The translations under genes were made by a program, and so were the position numbers. A DNA stretch of 64,000 nucleotides from Laetmonice hystrix. Its lineage: Eukaryota. Position 1 is the first letter of the stretch. Each line of letters opens with the position of its first letter. Location: contig OZ249436.1 in assembly GCA_965235115.1 (NCBI GenBank), forward strand, positions 10,354,001 to 10,418,000. The letters are read 5' to 3'. The notes below the pieces were generated by a model that saw nothing but the letters and a program-made list of their open reading frames with translations, did no database searches and was not told the origin of the DNA. Of this stretch, positions 39,621 to 52,130 are shown piece by piece.

Positions 39621-42600
39621 ACCTGTCACGACATAACGAAATATTAAATCAAAGCTGCACTAAAAATCCCCTGGTTGTAAACATATTAAGATCTTATCTG
39701 GCTGCATCTCAACCACTGCTGCAGCATATACGTTGGAATAAAAGATAATATAATGCCCGAATGGCACACTGTTTAATACTGTAATTACGTATATTTAGGT
39801 ATCCCTGCTAGGGGCGGGGAGACCTTTTGTTTTCAGCGTTTTGTTTCATACTATTTATTTCTGTTTTCTTTCCAGGAATTAATTCCATTTCACTTTATGC
39901 TTAATAACTCATGCATGCACTTTTTGCTCAAGAAAGTCCAAATTTTCGGAGGATGGTCGGATTGCTCCTGGCTCTCAGATGTTTCTTTATTTGTGTCGCC
40001 TTTAGGCGTTCACCTGGTTTAGCCACAAGACACAAACGTTCTGACGACTTAATCTGACAAGATAATGCTCGGATCCCTCTCAAATATGAACATCTGCCGA
40101 GTTTAACTCAGGGCTAGATCAAATTTGAATATAATTAAGATATTGCAAGTATTTTTTCATGTCGGGATTATTCTTTTACGTTACTTTAGGTCTACACTGT
40201 CTAAACTTTAGTAAAATACGAAATGAGTGTAAAAATCGAGGTTTAAACATCATGAGAACGCTCGCTTTCAGGCCGTCACTGCACCTTGTAACGTGCCAAG
40301 TTCAGTGGTGCCGGGGCGATAGGGCGACCCTTGGTGGTCCAGTGGCTGTTAGCTGACCACAGATAGGCAGTGCCGTAGGAACCGGGGGGGGGGGGGCACT
40401 AGAATGAAAATCTTGAAGAGCAATTTTTTTCAAACATGTGACTTGCGTTATTTCCAGAGCGTGGATACATGTTTTGGCCTAATAATCTTTTGTTTCGGCC
40501 TCAGGCTCAAAGCATGTTGTTACGTCACAATTCTTTGCTCAAAAAGCGGGTACCTTCTGCTCAACTGAGCAATTTCTAGGGTCTACTAGACCCTATACCT
40601 CTGTATCGCAAATATCTGCATGTGCAAGGAAGTATGGCCTCCTTCAATTGATCAATTCTATGCCGGTTTCTCGTGGCTTTCAGACAGCATTGTGTGGAGT
40701 TTGCCTGTATTGTAATTAATCATGTGACGAAGTTCTAATTTTCCTGTCTCCACTGTATATTATTTCCTATCATCTACGATCACAAGAACTGACTATCGAC
40801 CAGAGTGCCCGAGTCGGACCACACGAGTATGGCCCGGGGCTGAACATGGTGTGATACACCTTGACATTGTGTGATAAGTCTCACCAATGTTAACATTATT
40901 ATCACATGCTGAGGCTTGACGTCAACCAATCATAAATCACGTTGCATGTGTAGATGACGTGTGTGTGGCGAGCGCGCCTGCTGACAGCAGCAGATGGGTG
41001 TGCCTACGTGATGCGCCCACCGGAGTTCCGTCAACACTCCTACAAAAGTCTCCTTCACACCCTCCCATTGTATTCCATCAAATAATCTGACACGATTTCA
41101 AATGTGTCAGCCTTTATTTAGATTGTTTTCCACTTCTCCACACCCACCGATACTTGATGTTAATAACCCACTTTTTGTGTGCAGTTAATTGACTTGAGCA
41201 GCAGGCGGGAGTTTTGGCCTTTGTGTAGTGTCCTAATTGGAGCGGACCCCTACACGCCTCATTATTTCATGATCTTTGATCACTTTCTAGTATCGCATTA
41301 ATCAAAGGCAGGTGAGAGAGGTTGTTGTCCCCTCATCTGGTCACTCTGACGCGCACACTAGGGGGGGGGGGGTGTTCAATAGATGGAAGTGTTGCTGGTG
41401 GGGGATGTGCTTTGTAACGGAGCCGACATTGAGAAAGTCAACAATGAGCACATCACCAGAGGCATGCCGATAGAAGCGTCGCAAGTCTTTGATAGACTTG
41501 ATAAAACAATAGACCTAACACTGACAATTGATTCCTCAATTACTAAAAAACGAATATAACTGAAATAGCTTGAAATACATTGTTTAATCACCCCAGTACC
41601 ACCGTATGTCACTGTACGATGAACATTTAGGAGAAAATTAACAGTTCCCGCTTTTGACAGCGTTTGAAAAAAGTACATTTACTTATACTTGTTATAGCTG
41701 CCCGAATAGTTTGCTCGGAATGTAGAGACATATGTTCAGGGTGGATGGGTTTTACTGACACTGACAAATACTTGCAGTGTTTAATTGCAAGCTTTTTATG
41801 TGTTTGGACACGGCGTTAGTTGGGAGATCACTAGCATTTCCACACCTTCGTTATGGTTTCCGATTGCACTAAAAACGGACCGACGCACTGCCTGTATTTT
41901 TCGAAATGGTTCATGCAAAAGGCGGTGATACTATCAATACATCAATGCCAGCAATATTAGAAGGCAGGAAACGTCTCACTCTACATGTGTGTAATCACTA
42001 GTGTTTGTATCTCCAGTATGAAGCTACCCTGTAGACATCATAGATCAATGTGGATGTAAAGTGTAGATAGTCTACCATGCCGCACCTAATAACTGGTATA
42101 TGCCTAATTCACAACACCCTCCCTAACCATTTTAATGTGGGTCCAGCTGGGGTGAAATAGTTTTATGTGTTTGTGCACTGCTACGTTATATGACAGGGCA
42201 ACATCTATTATTCATCATTGCTTTCGCTCACCCACCCCCCCATCCATCCCTTTTGTAATTACTGGAGCTTCTCAGTTCATATAAAGCCCCATTGGCAGGT
42301 ACCCAAACCAGTAACTTTCATACACCTTATTCTAAATTACCGTCCATTATCCTACTGGCTGAAGGTAGTCCTACTTTATAATACGGCTAGGTTCGGATAC
42401 TGTGGGGGACCATGGTGCATTTCAAGCTTCAGATAGTGGTTAATATCCTTAACTTATTTCTGAACTCGTCCTCTTAAAAAGTTGCTGGTACCGTTGTCTT
42501 TTAATAAACCTCCCCTCTGAGAGTTAAGATCAGGACAAAATGTAGTGTAAGAGGAACTAGTCATTGGTTTGGCAGAGGGCCCAGGGCTCCAGCTCAGGGC

Positions 42601-43789
42601 CGAGTAGGGCAGTAGGCATGCAACACTAAGCAGAAATTTATGGACGCTACCATACCTAGGTTAACAAGGCGATCTGAACTTTAAGAGGAAAATATCTACG
42701 TTTCGCTCCCGTTTTTAAAAACAAAGCCAATACATCAGCACGGTTAGGAAGACATCAATCCTACAAAAAAAGTTCGTGCTGTGGGGGGCAGTCGCGCATA
42801 TAAATTTAACCTCGTAGAGAGCTTTCCTGAAACATTAGAAGAAATTACCCTTTTTTCAGGTGTCAGCAGCAGAGCTGATGTTGTTTTGGGTAGAATATGT
42901 CATATATTATCGTAATGGCCAGCTTATTTGCTGAAATCTTCACATGAGAGAGATTTCGATTTTAACTCAAATAAAAGTTACCAAATTACGCCATGCACCA
43001 AACCATTCCGGATATGTCAAATGTTTGTAGATATTGCATGGAATGATTATATTTCAGGTTTAGCTCTGTCCTATACAACAGTACGGTACCAACCTATACA
43101 CGAGGGAGTAGAAATTACAAAAGCAAACTGTAAATTTAATAATAAAATATTTACAATGTTTATGTTGCCAAAAAATGTCCGGGGAAAATCGTTAAACCAT
43201 TGAAAGCAATCAGAGAAGCTGCCAAGTATGCAACATTTGTTCGAACAGATCTCGCTTCAATAATTGATGGTTTGCTACAATAAAACATGACTTGATCTAA
43301 ACACAGGTAGTACTGGCGGCAAAAAGTCATGCATATTGGATGAAATTGTAAATAATTAGCCTGACTTATTGATGATATAAGTGTATCGAGTGCGGCACAC
43401 CATAGCAATGAGCCATGGATTGGCCACTTCATCAAGTATTTAAGGACTAATAGTTGTAGATTCGGAGAATCAGCTGATGCTGACACAGCTCTTATATCGA
43501 ACTAATGACTGCGGATAACACAAGTTTACACTTTTAACAAACTCCTGCCCCCAGCACTATACGACCCGCTCTAATCTAAGCCGTCCTAGACCGTATGAAA
43601 CGCACACCATTTGTTCAACTACATTTTATCCATTTATTCCAGATTTTACCAGATTTCGGATTTGTAATTAATTATGTTTGGTATAGTTCAGGAATAGTCT
43701 ACACGATTAATTCATTATGGAGTAAAGAACCAAGTAAACAACACGAATATCAATGGGTAGATACATCCAGGGGTCAAACAGTCAGTCAA

Positions 43790-44090
43790 AACAGGCTCAA
43801 GTCTTTGATGACCGAGATAAAGGCAGCCAAACTCTTCTATCGTCTCTGCTGCTACCAATGGTGCTGCAGCTGCAAGAGGCAAGTTAACGTGTCGATCATA
43901 GCCATAAACTTTGTGGGTGACCAGAGAAGGAGAATTAGATCACGGACTATCATCACAGGAAAACACCTGCGTCAGATCAGACGACCTGAAAATACCTTCA
44001 ACTCCCAGTATGACTCGATGGGACCTGGCCTCCATATCCCTGCTTTAGATCAGAATTTGAAGCATCTCCCGTTGGAAGTTAATGCCGCCG
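43790..44090 (+). mobile_element. Decayed Penelope-like element, GIY-YIG endonuclease region
   Basis: Part of ORF 43595-44119: LFYRLCC...CSCKRQVNV (YxIxC..CxKQYVG), GDQRRRIRSRTIITGKHL (GHRSDIR...V..HF) and QNLKHLPLEVN (LKTLxPxGLN), in the order of PLE GIY-YIG domains. Confidence 0.45.
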
Positions 44091-44384
44091 TGTGGGGGAA
44101 CCCGTTACAAGAAGATTAAGGCAATCTGCAGGCGGCCAGGTATCTACGGGAGTCACACTGAGCCCCATCATACCACGCTTATCTTTCCCAGCCAAGATGT
44201 CTACATTCTGTTATCCAGCATCAGATGCAGACTATAGTCATTATTTGCCTGAGCATAAAACAATGTTTCACACTGGTATGTGAATGTAAACAACGTGAAA
44301 TAAATTTTCACCACGTGCGATTCTTTTTCCTGGCTTCAATACAGCATGAGAGGTTCAGTTCGTTTTACTAAACTATACGTCTAA

Positions 44385-44540
44385 ACATGCGGTAATCGAA
44401 GACGCCGTCATGTTCCTATTAATACATCAGTTGATGTACTGGACAGTATATAACGTTCCGGTTGCTTTTGTTGACCTAGACTACAGATACTTTGGGTGTG
44501 ATTCATCAAGCACCTGAATCGACTCTTCATCAAAAGAAAC
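44385..44540 (+). mobile_element. Rex1/Babar- or L2-like RT fragment
   Basis: VIEDAVMFLLIHQLMYWTVYNVPVAFVDL resembles STEDAIxxxLH...HLD...VRMLFxDFSSAF of Rex/Babar RTs; frameshift after FVD. Confidence 0.45.
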
Positions 44541-46299
44541 TGGCTTACTTTGTTTTTCCCCTTGGTCAGGCGGAGAGTGCAAGAAAATAAGAAAAAGGAA
44601 GATCTATGACCTATAGGGATCTAACTGCTCAATTTGACAGGAAAAACAGGACAGAATAAAGAGTTATGTGAAAAAATTCACATTTTAAGTGCAATGATGA
44701 TACAAGTGCATCAACTGGCTTCGGAGACGAACTGAGAAGCTTGTGTTTTTCATAAACACTTTGCTCTCACCAAAAAATTAGTTTCTATCATTTGAAAAGT
44801 GCATTGCTGCAACTGTGTTACAAATATGGGAACCATTTACTGGCGTAAATGATGCCATAGGAGCTGCAGCAACCAATTTGAAGGATCTTACACACGTGTT
44901 CATGAAGTAAGTAAGTAAGTTATCCCCAGCTATACGATTTCTGTTCTCGCAGATTGCCCCTTAGCGAGAGATTGGAGCAGCAGGATGCTGTCAGTCGGAG
45001 TGGGCATCTCGACGACTGCCCGCCTGCCCTCCTCCGACAGGGGGTTAGGACTGTCACTACCCCATGTGACAGCCCTGGGGTGGGCTCACCCTGTTCTCCT
45101 CCAACCCCAGCCCTGCACCTGCTGGCACCCTTCAAGATGACTGCAGGATTCCATAGCAACCAAATGCAGGTAGGATCATCAAGTGGCTTGGCACCTCCGT
45201 AAGTTTCTGACATGATGCAAATTGTACGTCAGACCGACCAGTACGTCACGGAGCGTCATGGATACCGCCGGGAGAAATGATCCCGCCACCGCGGTTCCCA
45301 TTTCCAACTCCTACAAATGCACTTTCTCAAATGTCTCTATTAAGCCATGTTAACAAATAACAGTAATGTTATGCTGCCTGGTGCACAGTAGTTTCAAAAT
45401 CATCTTGGAAGAAAGAAACTTCAAAACAGACTGCCAGAAGACTTTCATTTCATTAACGTCTTTTTTCTATTTTCTTTGTAAGAATCTTTCTTTGAATGTC
45501 ACCTGACATGAAATCGCCATGAAGGTAATGGTAACTGTTCTCAGGTAGCCTGAAGCCAGCGTGAACAATGAAAATCATGCATTTAGACCAGGTAGACGTT
45601 GAGGGCAGGTGACACGAAGATCTATATCGGCCTGCCAGTTTGCCTGATACACCTGCATGGGATCCATCGAGCTGTGATTGCTGTGGAAGTGTCGCCAGGG
45701 TTCAAAGCTACACCTTCATTCGTCACCTCCAACAAGCTCCAGAGGTCACTGAAGGTCAGAGCTCAGACATGCTATAGCAGCCAATAGACCCCAGAGGCTA
45801 TGAGAATGTCAACATGTTACCTTTGACGTTGCTCGTCATTGATAGCATAAATGACAAAAAAACAGTTCTTTTGAACTGAGAAATTGGTTTAACGACATTA
45901 CTACTGAGAAACCTTAGCTACCAATTCCCAAACCGAGGTGACTCATGTGGTAATCAACGTCACCCATATAATCACCCAAATCTACCAGGATTCCTTGGAC
46001 TCTATTGCAAATCTGGATGTTATTCACGGGTATCTACAGCTTACACCTCTGCTGACTTAACACCAAATGTGTGGGTAAATCAGGCAAGAAACATTCGCAA
46101 TGAACATAAACAATGCACTCATTAACATTCTTGGATTATCTGTATTACAGATTAGCAGTCTTCAGAATGGAGAGACCTCCGTGCAGTTTGAGGTGAGTAC
46201 AACCCGACCGACCATGAGGCCGTGGTGCCATCCCTCTTCCCGGTGTGCTGGTTAACAGGAAGATCGTGTGTAATTGTATTACTCTTCACCATGCTCGAC

Positions 46300-46600
46300 C
46301 CACTCTGGCTGACCAGCCGGAATATGAGCGAGTGCTGACAAAGTGTCTCTTCAAACTATCGCTTCAATCCCTTCGGCACCTTGCCCAATCTTTTCTCAAC
46401 GTATACCTTTATATTAAGCAGTCCATTCCGGAGGAGTTTGATGCACTGCCAAGAGACGTTCACAGCGTTGAATAGCTGCTGAATTGGGACAATCTTCATG
46501 CGCTTCCTAAAAGGTCTCGCTGGCGTTCTGTATCACGTCAAGTGTATGCATCCCCTGGCAGCTCCCGGTCTAAGGGAGACCGCCCCTGAGAACGGTTACC
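46300..46600 (-). mobile_element. Decayed Penelope-like element, GIY-YIG C-terminal region
   Basis: The minus strand gives GC...*Y..PARPFRKRMK (46517-46494; YxGETxRPxxxRxKEH), NIKV, DWAR (46390-46379) and IEAI (46368-46357), matching the PLE motif VKVL..E.DW..R.IKEAI.IR with frameshifts. Confidence 0.55.
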
Positions 46601-46699
46601 CATGTTAACCTCACAGTCACCATCTTCATGAAGATTCTCGAATTTCAGCATCAATGTAATTCGAGAATAATCTATTTCCCCAAGATTGAAACTACATCT

Positions 46700-46815
46700 T
46701 AGATACTTCCTTTTTTTATCTAGCGCCCAGAACTGCAGTCACTGACCCCCACTCCCCAGGATTCAAACCATGGCCCATAAACCAGCAGGGAGAGTCTATC
46801 CAGTGTTTGGATTTA
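46700..46815 (-). mobile_element. Possible tRNA-derived SINE fragment
   Basis: Minus strand cactggatagactctccctgctggttatgggccatGGTTTGAATCCtgg: a B-box-like motif (46756-46769) preceded by an A-box-like tract; no intact cloverleaf. Confidence 0.35.
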
Positions 46816-48631
46816 TAAAACCTTCCAAAAAAATATAGATAAATTTAGATGAACTCACGAGGCCAAACGGTATAAATGATGTTCTCGACTTCAGGTTGCT
46901 ATATTTATTTTAAAAAGGCATTCTTCCGATTATAAGACGACTCGCTTTACACTCAATATAGCAATGAGTACAGTGTCTGGGACGGAGGCAGTTGGAAGCC
47001 ACTGCCATTCAGACGAAATGAATATACAATTTATTGCCTTTGATAAATGTATCAATATGATATAGTTTCCCGGATATCTTGGTTGTGGTGAAGCATGGCG
47101 GCAAAGATTTGCTATTACACGAGTTCAGCATCTGTCGTGGCACCATTCATCGCCTGTCATGTGGCAAACGGAAGTAGGTATGGCCATTATAAATACCGCG
47201 CACCTCCATCGACCCAGGGATCTATCCTAACTCCATATCGAGCATACCTTGGCCGGTGGGGATCCTAATTGGTTCACGCTATCGAGATCCATCATGAGAC
47301 AGGGGGGCCACTTAATATATAAAACAGTCGCCGGATCATCACCATTCTCAGGGTACATGGTAGAACCATGGCCCTCTCTGCTCGCCAGCCACACAGTGTG
47401 CAAATGGTCTTCCTCAAACTGGCCACAACACACGTCCTAATCGGTGAAAGGTTGCTAACTTGGCACAGATGGTAACCACATTGATAATGTTCTTTAGGGC
47501 TATACGAAAAAAAACGGACTGAAGTCTGGAAAATATTGCCACCAACTTGAATGCGTAGACCCCCTTCATATGCAATGCGATGCGGGCCTGAGCATTCTCC
47601 GGTATTAAACACAGGTTTTGAGTCCAACTGAAACAACTGAGTTGGTCGACTTGGCTGGCGGTAGTCAACTGTAGTCGTACGGTTTGACAAGGCCACCTCT
47701 GCCACACGATGACATTTATTATATCTTCATCACTAGAACTTTAATGTAGAAAACAGAGACGGGACATTTTTCAGAGTCTCTACAAAGGGATGCCCGGTAT
47801 GATTCATTCCCGTTTTTCGGTTTGTCAGTTGTACATCTTCAGATACAGTGGCCTTAGATGTTGAGTGGCAGTAGGGTTGGGGGCAGGAGGGGGAGTGGGA
47901 GCGGGTTCAGCATGTGAGGCAGCGTTTAGGCATCTCATCACTGTAGCAAAAGATGCCAGGAACCAGCCAGTGTGTATATATCTGGCCCGGCTGGCATTGG
48001 TATTCTGATTGGTGGCGATACCAGGCGCAATGCAGCCCGCAATGCCCGCCCAACCTCTGCTCCCCGAGACAACATGCTTCTGATGCCTCGTGGCTGCAGG
48101 AGCCCTCGGCGGCCACCCCTGATTCTATGCTCAACCAAGTTTGACATTTTGCACAAAAATTGTCTATATAAATAGCAGGGCGAGGTGCTTGACGGAGCCT
48201 AGCCTGACATGTTAACAAGGGGAGTCTCATCCCTATAGGAAACATGAAGATACGTTATTGCTATATGTACATCAGACTCCATGCACTTCCGGAATCTGCA
48301 AGAAGGTACAGACTGCAATAAACACGTCATTGTAGTGCTTACTAAACAATCCTTCCTCTGTGTACAAATACATCCTAGCTGTCCGCACGTGTCTGGCTCA
48401 AAGTTCGAGCCAGCGCTACTCGCTGACCACTATTTGACCTCGTGTCTTCCAGAGGTCCTCGTTAATTATACCCATTAAACAATGTTACAAGTCCCTATCG
48501 GTGGTCCCAAGTTATTTGCTCAGAAAGATGATCACCGACACTTCATTTCAATCTGTGTGGGGCCGGTCAGTGTCGTTGTCAGCCGAGGATGATGGATGTC
48601 GGGTGCCTGTAGCCACCCTTCCTCCTGCGTG

Positions 48632-49455
48632 CCTCCTGGCCGGCTGACCATCCAACAACCCCAACCCATCCAGTACACACCTTCTGGCCGGCTGACCATC
48701 CAACAACCCCAACCCATCCAGTACACACCTCCTGGCCGGCTGACCATCCAACAACCCCAACCCATCCAGTACACACCTTCTGGCCGGCTGACCATCCAAC
48801 AACCCCAACCCATCCAGTACACACCTTCTGGCCGGCTGACCATCCAACAACCCCAACCCATCCAGTACACACCTTCTGGCCGGCTGACCATCCAACAACC
48901 CCAACCCATCCAGTACACACCTTCTGGCCGGCTGACCATCCAACAACCCCAACCCATCCAGTACACACCTTCTGGCCGGCTGACCATCCAACAACCCCAA
49001 CCCATCCAGTACACACCTTCTGGCCGGCTGACCATCCAACAACCCCAACCCATCCAGTACACACCTTCTGGCCGGCTGGCCATCCAACAACCCCAACCCA
49101 TCCAGTACACACCTTCTGGCCGGCTGACCATCCAACAACCCCAACCCATCCAGTACACACCTTCTGGCCGGCTGACCATCCAACAACCCCAACCCATCCA
49201 GTACACACCTCCTGGCCGGCTGACCATCCAACAACCCCAACCCATCCAGTACACACCTCCTGGCCGGCTGACCATCCAACAACCCCAACCCATCCAGTAC
49301 ACACCTCCTGGCCGGCTGACCATCCAACAACCCCAACCCATCCAGTACACACCTTCTGGCCGGCTGACCATCCAACAACCCCAACCCATCCAGTACACAC
49401 CTCCTGGCCGGCTGACCATCCAACAACCCCAACCCATCCAGTACACACCTCCTGG
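48632..49455. repeat. Near-perfect minisatellite array, 48 bp unit, about 17 copies
   Basis: Unit ctggccggctgaccatccaacaaccccaacccatccagtacacacct(t/c). Essentially one C/T variant site plus one unit with ctggccatc. Source of the 294-320 aa repetitive ORFs. Confidence 0.98.
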
Positions 49456-51649
49456 GTCGGCCTCACCCCATGGCACCTGGCGGGTACCAGCATCTATAAA
49501 GTCTAATGTCGAGAGAAGCTGTTACACATACTGTATAAAACATTCCTGGCAGAGGTAACCACACGGGGTAATCATGATCAAAGATTTCAGAATTCATCAC
49601 ACATGATCCTCTCTCTGCTGACCTTGGGCTCACCAGTCATCTTGACTAACATAAAACCGAGTTTTCAGTATGTATTGTATTTTTATTACAGGCTCAGCCT
49701 GTTTATATTCCCACGAGATATCAAGACGTTCGCTCACTCTGGTCTATATCTGCATGTACAGACTACATCTGATAGAAGTTTTTGGTCGTTGGGACAGTGC
49801 CCTTCAGTGGCTTGGCACAACTCTCTTTATGACACAGAATGTACAGCCAAACATATTTCCCATCATGTTAACGTATATGTACAGTCTATGGGGACTTCAT
49901 TTACTCCTAAATACAACAGTTACTGATATCCTGCACTGAATCTCCGGAGGGCAGGCATGGATTGCCCGAATACTTGATTTGGGCAAGTAGAGGCCTATCT
50001 ACCTGGACTGAAACATTTCCTGGAATGACACTCCCCAGACCTGAAGGTGTCTATGTGTACTTAGGTCTCGGTTCTGGATACAAGCATACATCATGAGCGT
50101 AACTAATGCGTGCACAGATCAACAACAACTTGTTGAGTGCCAGGTTTTTGGGGCTGCCAATCTGTTTTCAAACTGCGACCGCAACAAGTCAGGTCCCAGT
50201 GATCAATGACACGAGGTGTTCTTGTCCACGACGCTCCACTCCATCTTCAGCCGGCCATATAGCCCTCCTCCTCCCCACCCCCAATCTACCGCCACCCCTC
50301 GGGCTTGCCTCCAGCCAGGGGTAGCAGCCCCCCTCCCCCAGAACCCAGCATTTGCTACATTTCTGCCATTACTGACCAGGGCTCAGCTGCCACCTGCCCT
50401 GAACGTCACAGAAAGCCAGACTGAGGTTCGCCTCAGCTGCCAGCATTGCTCTAACCTCCCCCAGCCTGCATGTGGCCCCGCTCCGTATAAACGGGCCCGA
50501 CATCCGAATCCGACACTTTTTATGTCTTAATGTCAACCACTCTGATGCAGGATTCGACTTTTAAATTGGCACAGAAGGGACCAATTTATAATGCAATATA
50601 GACAAGAGAAAAAAGGGCATTTTCATTTTTTAGGATTCCCAGCTTCATCATTAACATCATTAGAATACAAATTACATTTGGAGGTGTAAAACATTCTTCT
50701 CTTTGCTACATTCCTGATCTTTACGAGCTAATTATCCCTATCAAAATGCGATTTATAATTCAAAATGAATGCCAACAATCATAAACAAAATTAATCTTGA
50801 TAAAACATTTGAAAATATATCAGTGTATAAAGAATTATGCCTGGGAAAGGAATGAGTTCCCTTAGTATACACCGTAATTAAGCTGAATATATCTCGAGCA
50901 CGATGCATAAATCCATCACTAAAACCATCTGTGAGCGACCTCGGGGTTCAAAGGATGATAACCTCAACCAATCAGCAGCCGGTTTACAAAGATTTATACC
51001 AGGTGTGCTGGTTTCGCTGGAGATGCTCTGTTACTGGTCGTATAGAGGTTGCCCGGAGTCGGGTCGACTGTAACTCGTGCGCAGTTTCTTACCTTAACAG
51101 TAGCCTATCCTAGCGGGGGCAGCCAAGCAGTAACACTAACAGTCACTGATTAACCCTATCTCTGTCTACCCACACCGCACTACTACTACCACAATTCATT
51201 GAGACACATTTTGAGTATTTCCTTATCAGATAACACGGTAAGATATTTGAATCAATTCATGATTGGTTATCAAACAGACTTCAAGTCTAGAATATCCTGG
51301 TCTCAGGGAGTCGTGGTTACATTGACAGCTTCATTAGGAAAGGACGACGTCTTGTTGGCGGGGTGAAGTCTTTGAAGTCACAAATGACAATGAACCGGTA
51401 AACTATACAAAGATAACACGCTAGCTGCGAGCTACGCGGTGTCTTGAGCCATTGTATGTTTGACACTACACATGTATTACCATAGCCAAACAAAAATATA
51501 GATACACATCGGTCTGTTAACGCTATACGTCGCGTTTAGTCAGCAAATATAGGCCTAGAGCTAATGGGATATACGACTGCAACAAAGGATCTCAATGTAA
51601 AGCTATAAGAAAATGTCTTGAAACATTCTGTGACAAATGTGAGCCTGCC

Positions 51650-52130
51650 TAGAATTTCAAGTCATCCATCACTGGCGGCGGTGTTTTGGTAACTTTGTTG
51701 TTGACCTGAAAGCGTGATTTCTTGACATGATAAAGTTTGCAGTAGATTTAGTGACAGCTGCTATGGAGAAACTTAAACCACTCTCCAGGAGCATCTACAT
51801 CATCTCAAGAACATTGGATCTGGGTATCAGATGATGCTCCAGGCCCTTCACACATAATAGTCAGACACTGACCCCTACCCTTTCATATGGCGGCCTGACC
51901 CATGGACTGATGATGAAAGGGGTGGGTAGGGGTAGGGGTCCTTGGTCTGAGTGGGTTCTGACGGTGCTCTATGGAGTGACCACCACATGGAGGGAGGGCT
52001 GGGGGGCTCTCCGAACATCCCTGCATGACCTGTATCTGGCTGTCTTCATTTAGACAGACCCTGTCCTGCTGCCTCGCTGTGCCAGTAAAACATATGGTAT
52101 AAATATGGCGTGGATCAGGCAATATGCTGG
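51650..52130 (-). mobile_element. Decayed L1/Tx1-like LINE 3' fragment
   Basis: Minus-strand QGCSESPPALPPCGGHSIEH (CGGHSIEH at 51987-51964; zinc knuckle C...C...E(S/T)IEH), later KLYHVKKSRFQ...PPPV (LAKFYIWKSR-like). Confidence 0.35.

Noticed and set aside
42026-42036. TACCCTGTAGA matching the 5' half of miR-10
   Set aside because: Only 11 nt match, the 3' half diverges and no precursor hairpin is visible.
46120-46185. CUGAAGA plus small hairpins near the Penelope relic, as a possible hammerhead ribozyme
   Set aside because: No GAAA after stem II and no consistent stem I/III pairing. The other CTGAnGA hits checked (e.g. 20278, 28766, 33289) also fail.
6113-49455. The tandem arrays as possible CRISPR arrays
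   Set aside because: The units are contiguous with no unique spacers, no cas genes are present, and the context is eukaryotic.
48532-49558. 294-320 aa periodic ORFs
   Set aside because: Produced by the 48-bp array (16-aa period) on both strands; not credible genes.
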